Of a stretch of DNA of 64,000 nucleotides, positions 6,947-14,432 are shown one piece after another. The stretch spans positions 62,001 through 126,000 of the IMG/VR virus record IMGVR_UViG_3300032236_000747, one strand, 5' to 3'. The stretch's first letter is position 1; every line of letters begins with the position of its first letter. The notes below the pieces were generated by a model. The model ran no database searches, was not told where the DNA came from, and saw only the letters and a program-made list of their open reading frames with translations. A program made the position numbers and the translations under genes.

Positions 6947-9885
6947 TGAGCGGAGTAGCAGGTGCTGAACGTGTAAGGAGTCGTAATGACTTTCAACAGT
7001 TTCTTACCTCCTACAAAGACCTAATAAGTCAGTTCCCCGGCTTTGTTAGTTTACAACCTAGTGGAAGTTATAACAGTAATCCAGATAAAATGGATTTTGG
7101 CGATATAGATATTATCGTGCACATCCAAAGTACCAAAGACAAGACCACTGTTAAGAAAGAACTACAAAGTTTCTTTCATCAACAACCCGATACAACAATC
7201 GTTCCGTTTAGCTCAGAAAAGCACGCAGGTAAGCGTAGTTATAATGCGGGAGAACTTATATCAGTTCGTTATCACGACGATACACTAGGTTACAGCGCTC
7301 AAATAGACAACATAGTAGCATTAGACCAACACGAAGTTTCTTTTAAACAACACTTCTTAGATCTACCTGCCGAAAAGCAAGGACTAGTCTTAGGGCTAGT
7401 AAAAATAGCTGCCATAGAAACTGCGCCAGCAGTATTATTTAAAAAGTTAAATATTAATGCTCCCACACAAGTTGAAGCTAATCAAGAGTACGAGTTTAAT
7501 CTCTCAGGAGTTAAGCTAGAGCTAAGAAGAGTAACATACGAACCGGGAACATTTACACAAATCAATAGGCAAGTACTATGGTCTAGTCAAGATTGGAACG
7601 ATGTAGAAAAGTTACTATATCAATACGATCTTAGTCAAGACTTTGAAACATTATTAGCACAGACAAAACAAACTATTAGAAATCCGAGAAGTAACAATAG
7701 ATTACAGGGTGTGTTTAGTAGTATGATTACAGTTAAGAGCGGCGAAGTAGGCACAGAAAAAGGGGCAGGCAAAATGGCGGCGTTAGACAAAATCAAAAAA
7801 ACATTTAGTGAAAGTGACTCTAGATTATTCAATGCGTTAATGGAGGATGCTGATTCTACCTTTGTATTTGCATTTGGTCGCTTTCAACCGCCTACAGTAG
7901 GTCACGAAATACTAATTAGTCAAGTAAAGAAAGCAGCACAGCAGCATAACGCACCCTACGCAATCTTTGTTTCTAAAACTGTGGGAATAACATCTAAACC
8001 TAAACTAAGAAATCCATTAAGTATAGAACAAAAGTTTCCCTATGTACAGGCAGCATTTCCAGGAACAAATTTTGTAGCCTGCAGTGAAGATATGAAAACT
8101 GTCATTGACATTGCTAAACATATTAACCAAAAATACAAAAATATTATAATGGTAGCTGGGGAGGATAGACTAGAAGGTGATAAAGGATTTCATACTATAC
8201 TAAATCAACAAAATGGTATCGACTATAACTTCGATAGCATTGAGTTTATTCCTGTAGGCAGAGATCCGGATGCTGAAAGCGGTACTAAAGTTAGAGAAGC
8301 TGCTGCTAGCGATAACTGGGAGAGATTTAGACAAGGAATTCCTAGCACTATCAACGACAAACAAGCTCACCAGTTAATGGACGAGTTAAAACAAGGTATG
8401 GCTCCTGTGGCAAGAAGAGCACCTCAAAGAAAAGCACAAGAGGGTGGTTACGGAGACAATGGTAGCCCAGAAAGTCGCAGACAAGGTGTGGGTAATGCTA
8501 GTTACGTATCTATGCCAGGAGGCATTGGTATCAAAGAGGCAATGTTACCAAAGAGTGCGTTTGCAGGTAGTGATAAAAATAAACTAGGTCCCGCAGCTCA
8601 TGCTAAAGGCAAACAAAAAGGTCCAGTTAAGCGTGGACAGTTTGTAGGCGGCGGATGTGAAGAAAGTGTGGCGGAAGGCTTGAGAGGTACTGGCAATCCT
8701 GGTATGCCAACTCCATACGACCAAGGTCTTAATGACGCTAAAAAAGACAGAGCATATGATAATCCATATGACCAGCCAGGCGAAGAACAAGAGCATAGCC
8801 AATACAAGAAAGGTTATGAACAAGGTAAGAAGCAAGGTGTGGCGGAAGGCGAAGTGATTCCTTTTCCTAAACGTGAAGTTAAGCCACAAAATAAAAAACC
8901 AGCAGCAAAGAAAGATAACGTAAAAGCTATTAGCAAAGACCGCTATGCCAAAACTGGACCAAATACAATGCAGGGCCCGAATCTTGCTAGTATATACGAA
9001 ACATTTAATAGCAAACAAGAAGTTATTAACTACTTTTTAAGCAAAGGTAAAAGTGCCGGAGCAGGTGCAGCAGCATGGGAACGTGGATGGCGAGGCCCGA
9101 AAAAACAAGCAAAGCCAACTAAGGCTCCACAATCACAACAACGTTACTGGTGGCAGGATAAGGACGATGTAAATGAGTTTGTTACAGGTCCCAATGTTGC
9201 CACAGGCGGCGGCAAGAAAGATTACGGGCAACCAATCAGCGCACGTTACATAGGCGGTAATAAATTTGTAGTCGGTACTACTAACAATTATATACTAACT
9301 GCAACCATAGATAAGTATGGACTAGACTGGGATGACGGTTGGTATTTAGATAGCCCAGGATCAGCACACATCAGTGATGCATCTGAAGGTGATATACCAT
9401 TACCTGTATCAACAGAGCAAAGACATAGCATACACGATACAGTAACAGATTACCTTAATGATAACAATATCGAAGATCTACAAAAAGTAGCAAAACATTT
9501 TGGTCACACAGAGGATGGAAAAATGAATGAACAAGGAATGTCAGAAGCAGAAGGTACTCCAGAGGGGCTACCACATTTAACAAAAGAGTTGTTAACACAC
9601 ATTGTACAACAGGTAGGTACAGAAGGTGCACATGCCATTGTTAAGAGTTTAAAGTGGGGTGATGGTGCTGCTAAAGAACTACTACATCTAATTGTGAAAG
9701 ATTTAAAAAACAATATTAGTGTAGCAGAAAGCGTCAAACAACGCCTAGATCCTAAGTGCTGGAAAGGTTATCGCAAAGCCGGAACTAAGATGAAGGGCGG
9801 TAAACGTGTAAATAACTGTGTTCCAGTTAGTGAAGATATTGAACATTTAATGGCTGGATATATTAAAATATTATCAAGCAAATGA
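6946..9885 (+). CDS. Modular protein: N-terminal nucleotidyltransferase, HIGH-type cytidylyltransferase-like domain, and a low-complexity modular tail
   Basis: SGSYNSNPDKMDFGDIDIIV (NTase), AQIDNIV, FAFGRFQPPTVGHE (HIGH-like), IIMVAGEDR and SGTKVREAA (SxTxxR), followed by short modules separated by xxE motifs. Confidence 0.7.
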   Translation: MSGVAGAERVRSRNDFQQFLTSYKDLISQFPGFVSLQPSGSYNSNPDKMDFGDIDIIVHIQSTKDKTTVKKELQSFFHQQPDTTIVPFSSEKHAGKRSYNAGELISVRYHDDTLGYSAQIDNIVALDQHEVSFKQHFLDLPAEKQGLVLGLVKIAAIETAPAVLFKKLNINAPTQVEANQEYEFNLSGVKLELRRVTYEPGTFTQINRQVLWSSQDWNDVEKLLYQYDLSQDFETLLAQTKQTIRNPRSNNRLQGVFSSMITVKSGEVGTEKGAGKMAALDKIKKTFSESDSRLFNALMEDADSTFVFAFGRFQPPTVGHEILISQVKKAAQQHNAPYAIFVSKTVGITSKPKLRNPLSIEQKFPYVQAAFPGTNFVACSEDMKTVIDIAKHINQKYKNIIMVAGEDRLEGDKGFHTILNQQNGIDYNFDSIEFIPVGRDPDAESGTKVREAAASDNWERFRQGIPSTINDKQAHQLMDELKQGMAPVARRAPQRKAQEGGYGDNGSPESRRQGVGNASYVSMPGGIGIKEAMLPKSAFAGSDKNKLGPAAHAKGKQKGPVKRGQFVGGGCEESVAEGLRGTGNPGMPTPYDQGLNDAKKDRAYDNPYDQPGEEQEHSQYKKGYEQGKKQGVAEGEVIPFPKREVKPQNKKPAAKKDNVKAISKDRYAKTGPNTMQGPNLASIYETFNSKQEVINYFLSKGKSAGAGAAAWERGWRGPKKQAKPTKAPQSQQRYWWQDKDDVNEFVTGPNVATGGGKKDYGQPISARYIGGNKFVVGTTNNYILTATIDKYGLDWDDGWYLDSPGSAHISDASEGDIPLPVSTEQRHSIHDTVTDYLNDNNIEDLQKVAKHFGHTEDGKMNEQGMSEAEGTPEGLPHLTKELLTHIVQQVGTEGAHAIVKSLKWGDGAAKELLHLIVKDLKNNISVAESVKQRLDPKCWKGYRKAGTKMKGGKRVNNCVPVSEDIEHLMAGYIKILSSK
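8666..8850 (+). repeat. 14-bp exact direct repeat GTGTGGCGGAAGGC (8666-8679 and 8837-8850), in frame
   Basis: Two identical copies 171 nt (57 codons) apart, both encoding VAEG. Confidence 0.85.
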
Positions 9886-10145
9886 AGCAATATAGAATAA
9901 CAGGACATCAATACAGCGCATCTACAGACCCGGATTGTTTTTTAAGTCCGGATGATCCTATACATAAACTAATGCCATCTAACTGGCTAGGTGAGCTTGG
10001 CGCTGAACAACGACTAGCTGAATACATGAATCCTCCTAAAGCTAGGCCAGAATACCTAAATCCCGATAATCCCAAAACACAAATGGCCAAACAACTTGGC
10101 ATTAAACCCGGATCTCCCGCGTGGATGGAGCTATGGAAGAAGTAA
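9882..10145 (+). CDS. Hypothetical protein
   Basis: 87-aa ORF translationally coupled by an ATGA overlap. Confidence 0.55.
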   Translation: MKQYRITGHQYSASTDPDCFLSPDDPIHKLMPSNWLGELGAEQRLAEYMNPPKARPEYLNPDNPKTQMAKQLGIKPGSPAWMELWKK

Positions 10146-10147
10146 GC

Positions 10148-10153
10148 TAAATA
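10148..10153 (+). promoter_or_regulatory. Late promoter core TAAATA upstream of dps
   Basis: GCTAAATATATT in the intergenic gap, followed by an AGGA Shine-Dalgarno. Confidence 0.45.
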
Positions 10154-10176
10154 TATTATCGTATTTAGGATTACTT

Positions 10177-10617
10177 ATGGAAGACCTGCAGAAAGCAGCC
10201 AAAATCGGATTTGCTAGTGAATTCAGCTTTTATCTAAAAGCACATAACTTTCATTGGAATGTAGAAGGTGTAGATTTCTACGAATATCACAAACTATTTG
10301 AAGGTATATACACAGAAGTTTTAGATAGTATTGACGACTTTGCTGAAAAACTACGTGCCCTAGGTACCTATGTTCCTGCTAGTCACAGTGCGTTTAGCAT
10401 GTTAAGTCAAATAGCCGACGAAAATAATCTTCAGCCTAAAGAGGGCATGGTACAAGAGTTACTACAAGACAACGAAAAACTAATCAAAGTTTTGAAACTT
10501 GTCTACGATCTTGCCGAGCAAAACGGCGAACACGGATTTAGTAACTTCCTTGCAGAACGCATGGACGCACATCGTAAACACGGTTGGTTCCTGCGTGCCA
10601 GCTTAAAGGGACAATAA
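10177..10617 (+). CDS. dps: Dps/ferritin-like DNA-protecting protein
   Basis: KAHNFHWNVEG, YHKLFEGIY, DDFAEKLRALG and HRKHGWFLRA are the Dps ferroxidase-centre motifs. Start at ATG 10177 after AGGA. Confidence 0.9.
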   Translation: MEDLQKAAKIGFASEFSFYLKAHNFHWNVEGVDFYEYHKLFEGIYTEVLDSIDDFAEKLRALGTYVPASHSAFSMLSQIADENNLQPKEGMVQELLQDNEKLIKVLKLVYDLAEQNGEHGFSNFLAERMDAHRKHGWFLRASLKGQ

Positions 10618-11012
10618 TGAGAGCTAAAGAGTTTATTATCAAAGAAGCAAAAGATGCAGCTGGCGCAACTGGACATAATCCCGATCATATCAGCGCATTA
10701 CCCGATGCACACTTTTGGCCAGAGCTAGATAATAGTTCCGGCTACTTAGCCTACAGATTTGGTGTTGCCATGGCTGGTATGCCAGATCAAAAAATGAAAG
10801 TTGCCGGTCCTACAGGTCTTAAAATGGTTACCATAGGGTATACACAAGCCGAACGAGATATCCTTGATGCTACACAAAACTTAATGGGCACTCCTAAAGT
10901 AAGATTGTCTAGCGGTAAAAGTGAAGAAATGCCGGATGTATACACATTAAGTCCAGTCAACGATTGGCAGAAGGCACTTGAACAATCTACCAAAAAGAAG
11001 AAATCTAAATGA
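10617..11012 (+). CDS. Hypothetical protein with a CTS-like N-terminus (paralogue of 11009-11566)
   Basis: Starts MRAKEFIIKEA at a TAATG overlap and shares motifs with the next ORF. Confidence 0.6.
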   Translation: MRAKEFIIKEAKDAAGATGHNPDHISALPDAHFWPELDNSSGYLAYRFGVAMAGMPDQKMKVAGPTGLKMVTIGYTQAERDILDATQNLMGTPKVRLSSGKSEEMPDVYTLSPVNDWQKALEQSTKKKKSK

Positions 11013-11566
11013 GAGCCAAAGAGTTTATCGTAGAACGCACTGGACATACTCATCCAGATCATGACGCAGTGCACCAAGGATTTAGCAAACAGAGAGATCC
11101 TGGGGGATATTATCCTACCTATCATCAATATAGAACAGGCATAGCAATCGGAATGGCCGACGGTAGTGATAATCCGATAGATGTTGATCACGAAAGCTGG
11201 ATGGGGCCTTATTGGACCTTTCATCCTTATTCTGACAAAGAACATGATATGATTGATCAAGTTCGAAAAACAATACCAACCGACCACTATCAAGTAAGAC
11301 CCAGAACACCTAGTGCCGAACCTAGCGATACAAATAAAATAAGTCCAACTCCAGATTGGAATCCTAATAAAAGAGAAGTAACAAAAGTAAAAGAATCAGC
11401 AACGTCAGGAAGTTCTAATACAGGCGGAATGAGTTATAGTGCTACAAATAGTACTAACGGAAAGAAGCTTAGTCAAGTTGGTTCACTTTTTGGAGGAACC
11501 TACGGAGAGTCAGACGGCGAAGTTCCTAAGAAGAAAAAATCTAAAACAGTGAGAAGACAGTCATGA
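11009..11566 (+). CDS. Hypothetical protein with a CTS-like N-terminus (paralogue of 10617-11012)
   Basis: Starts MRAKEFIVERT. YHQYRTGIAIG aligns with YLAYRFGVAMA, and PYSDKEHDMID aligns with GYTQAERDILD. Confidence 0.6.
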   Translation: MRAKEFIVERTGHTHPDHDAVHQGFSKQRDPGGYYPTYHQYRTGIAIGMADGSDNPIDVDHESWMGPYWTFHPYSDKEHDMIDQVRKTIPTDHYQVRPRTPSAEPSDTNKISPTPDWNPNKREVTKVKESATSGSSNTGGMSYSATNSTNGKKLSQVGSLFGGTYGESDGEVPKKKKSKTVRRQS

Positions 11567-13704
11567 TCAATGAACACAAAAAAGGTTTCAAGGCTAAAAA
11601 ATACCCAATGCATACTAAACCTGCCACAATGGGAGATAGAAATCCAGTTGCTAAGAATAGCAAAATGGCAGGCAAAGCAGGCGAGCATAAGAATCCAAAA
11701 TCTGCAATAGCTCAACCACGCAAAGCTAAACATAAAAAAGCTGAGATGATGGAAACTGTTATCAGCGTCATTGAAGGGTGGAAAGAAGATGCCGAGGCAC
11801 ATAATGAGTTTTTAGCACATGCTAGAGAACAGCTCCAGGCGGTTAGTCCAACAGAAAGAAATGCACTTGCACAACGCCTTAGTAAATTAGAACAAAAACA
11901 TTTCCCAGAAATGTTTAGTGGTGGCGGACAAGTATCAGGAGATCAATATGATACTGAAACCGGTCAGGCAGTTATTGGTCCTGGCGGTATTAGCTCCAAC
12001 ATTGCTGGCATAGTACACAGTTTAAATAGACCACAGAAACCACAGGGACCAAACATTCAAAACTTACCTTTTGGTACAGTATCCAACCACGATGTTTGGA
12101 ACCATTATGCAAATCATCCCGACAACCAAGGCATTCGTCCATCCTATGCAATGTCGCCCGAGGTTGATCCAGAAGAAGCCCGTCGTAGAGAAGAACTTCG
12201 CCAGCAACAAAACGCAGCCGCATTTGAGCCTGACGAAATGGATGAGTTCTATGATTCGTTGCCACAACGTGTTAAAGACCTCAAGAAAGTTGCCAAGGAT
12301 CCTGCATCGGCTGCTAGATTTGAAGAACTATTCAATAACGAATCGGGAATGGATTGGCACATAAATGACATCATCGGTTACTATGAGTATATGATTAAGC
12401 ACGGACCAATGGATCCAGAAGGTTATGAGGACGCACGTATGACTGCTGCTGGATTAGGAGAAGGATTAGATGATATCCGAGCAAGGATGGATGCTAGACA
12501 AAATCCAAGAGTACAATCAGCACCACAAGCTGAACCATTAGGTGTTCCTAGTGTTAAAGAGTGGCAAGCTAAAATAACTAGTCGATATCCAGGTGCTAGG
12601 TTCATGCAAGCAAAAATGCCCGGCTCTCCTATCCTTGCTATGTTACAAAATTCAGAAGTTGGTCGATATGATAAAGACAAAGGTATTGTTAAACTTGGAC
12701 CACCACACGATAGTGTTCAAGAATCTAAAGTTAACGAGTTAAGCACTGATACTATGAAATCATACATCGGTAAAGCTAAGAAAGAAAAAGATTATAATCA
12801 AGCAGTTTATAAGATGCGTTCTCCTAGTATTGCTGCAGATAAAATTCATTCAGAGTATGACCCGAAACGTAAATCTAAAATCAACAAGCGCAACGCAGGT
12901 ATTGGTCAAGCTCATAGTAAGATTATCGACAAGAATAACAAAGCAGGAATAATGAAAGAAGACATCATGGGACTAGGTTCAAATGAGTTTGAACCAAAAC
13001 AACATCCAGATCCAGAAGGACAAATGGCTCGTCAAGAACTATACCGCAACGCAAAATACGGTATGGATTTATTAAAGATGATCGAGTCCAGCGACGAAAT
13101 CGAACCTTGGGTAGCAGCTAACTTAACTAATGCCGCCACATGGTTAGATAAAGTCTATCATTATCTCGACTATCGTACAAAGTTTGAACCAGAAGTAGAT
13201 CTCGGAAAAGAAGATAAAGGTATCAAAGAAAGCGAAGTAGAACCAAGCGGTGATATTGCTCGTTCAAATCTACAAGTTATTGTAGAGTATAGCATGAAAC
13301 TATTCAAAATGATCAAAGACGATACCCGTCTAGATGGTTGGGTAGCAATGAAGTTAACTAAGGCCAGCGAAGCTGTTAGTTCAAGCAAGCACTACTTAGA
13401 ACACGTATATTTTGATAAGCATTCAAATGATTTATACGAAAACAAGATGCTAAGACAGTTAGCTGAAAAACTTGCCGAAGGTGCGCAGGTAAATGAGCCA
13501 ACAACTAAGGCACCATATTACAATGACGGTGAAGCTAGCTCAAGCAAAGGAATGATCAGTAATATAGTACAACACTCAAGACGTACAGCCGGGGTCGATA
13601 CTGGATATAACTCAACTGAGAAACTGAAGAAAAATCTAAAAAGAGTAGTAGATTTTGACGCAGAAAAAACAGATAAACCTAAAAAAACATTTGGTAGAAA
13701 ATAA
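11563..13704 (+). CDS. Large modular hypothetical protein with a tandem helical repeat
   Basis: 713 aa with two related ~55-aa units near the C-terminus and multiple [ILV]xE punctuations. Confidence 0.65.
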   Translation: MINEHKKGFKAKKYPMHTKPATMGDRNPVAKNSKMAGKAGEHKNPKSAIAQPRKAKHKKAEMMETVISVIEGWKEDAEAHNEFLAHAREQLQAVSPTERNALAQRLSKLEQKHFPEMFSGGGQVSGDQYDTETGQAVIGPGGISSNIAGIVHSLNRPQKPQGPNIQNLPFGTVSNHDVWNHYANHPDNQGIRPSYAMSPEVDPEEARRREELRQQQNAAAFEPDEMDEFYDSLPQRVKDLKKVAKDPASAARFEELFNNESGMDWHINDIIGYYEYMIKHGPMDPEGYEDARMTAAGLGEGLDDIRARMDARQNPRVQSAPQAEPLGVPSVKEWQAKITSRYPGARFMQAKMPGSPILAMLQNSEVGRYDKDKGIVKLGPPHDSVQESKVNELSTDTMKSYIGKAKKEKDYNQAVYKMRSPSIAADKIHSEYDPKRKSKINKRNAGIGQAHSKIIDKNNKAGIMKEDIMGLGSNEFEPKQHPDPEGQMARQELYRNAKYGMDLLKMIESSDEIEPWVAANLTNAATWLDKVYHYLDYRTKFEPEVDLGKEDKGIKESEVEPSGDIARSNLQVIVEYSMKLFKMIKDDTRLDGWVAMKLTKASEAVSSSKHYLEHVYFDKHSNDLYENKMLRQLAEKLAEGAQVNEPTTKAPYYNDGEASSSKGMISNIVQHSRRTAGVDTGYNSTEKLKKNLKRVVDFDAEKTDKPKKTFGRK

Positions 13705-13705
13705 T

Positions 13706-13734
13706 TTGACCGTGAACTCCTAGTAGTATATACT
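13706..13734 (+). promoter_or_regulatory. Sigma70-type early promoter
   Basis: TTGACC-17 nt-TATACT followed by an AAGGAG Shine-Dalgarno. Confidence 0.75.
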
Positions 13735-13752
13735 ATGTAAAAGGAGTTCACT

Positions 13753-14052
13753 ATGAGCAAAGCGTTTGGCGCACCAGAGCAAGCAAAAATTAAACAAATC
13801 ATCGCAGAAGGTTGTACCGTTATGCAAGAGATTCAAGATCTCACCGAAGGTTTGAACGACACCATTAAAGCAGTGGCAGAAGAGCTAGAAGTTAAACCTA
13901 GCGTAATCAAAAAAGCAATCAAAATCGCACAAAAAGATACCTGGGATCAAGTATTCCGTGAGTTTGACGACCTCGAAACTATCGTTGATATCAGTGGTCA
14001 TGCTAACCGCCGTGACGATACTCCAAGTAGCACTACAACTATTAACCCATGA
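13753..14052 (+). CDS. T4 DsbA-like / GapR (DUF2312)-like dsDNA-binding protein
   Basis: EIQDLTEGLNDTIKAVAEELEVKPSVIKKAIKIAQK matches the helical pattern of this family; it lies upstream of DNA polymerase. Confidence 0.65.
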   Translation: MSKAFGAPEQAKIKQIIAEGCTVMQEIQDLTEGLNDTIKAVAEELEVKPSVIKKAIKIAQKDTWDQVFREFDDLETIVDISGHANRRDDTPSSTTTINP

Positions 14053-14348
14053 TAGATGCTGTATTTGGCCCAACTATACAATGGATTAGGGATGATTGGC
14101 GTAGTCATCCTCTACGTTTTGGCGTTGAGCTTATCGCTTGGGCTATTAGTGTTGGTTGTTCGCTCACCATGGCAATCACAGTCCCTAATCCTCCTCTTCT
14201 CCTACTATATCCTGTCTGGATTAGTGGCTGCGCTATGTATGCATGGGCTGCTTACACTCGCAAGAGCTTTGGCATGTTGGCTAACTATATTCTGCTAACC
14301 AGTATTGATTCAGTCGGTTTAGTTAGAATGCTGTTAACACAGCAATAA
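14049..14348 (+). CDS. Small multi-TM membrane protein
   Basis: Three to four hydrophobic helices in 99 aa. Confidence 0.65.
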   Translation: MIDAVFGPTIQWIRDDWRSHPLRFGVELIAWAISVGCSLTMAITVPNPPLLLLYPVWISGCAMYAWAAYTRKSFGMLANYILLTSIDSVGLVRMLLTQQ

Positions 14349-14415
14349 ATATTATTGAGAACGGTTCAACGAGCCATAAGTCGTTAAAGAAATGGTAGGC
14401 CGGCCATAAAACGGT
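14346..14415 (+). promoter_or_regulatory. Structured leader of polB: TAAATA followed by two tandem hairpins with GCCAUAA loops
   Basis: AACGA-GCCATAAG-TCGTT (14368-14385) and GCCG-GCCATAAAA-CGGT (14399-14415), each beginning 5 nt after the start of a GGT. Confidence 0.55.
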
Positions 14416-14432
14416 GTATAAGAAGAATAATA

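Noticed and set aside
14361-14385. preQ1-I riboswitch suggested by GGUUC and CCAUAA in the polB leader
   Set aside because: The stem/loop order and the long A-rich tail of preQ1-I are not reproduced. It is kept only as an unclassified structured leader.
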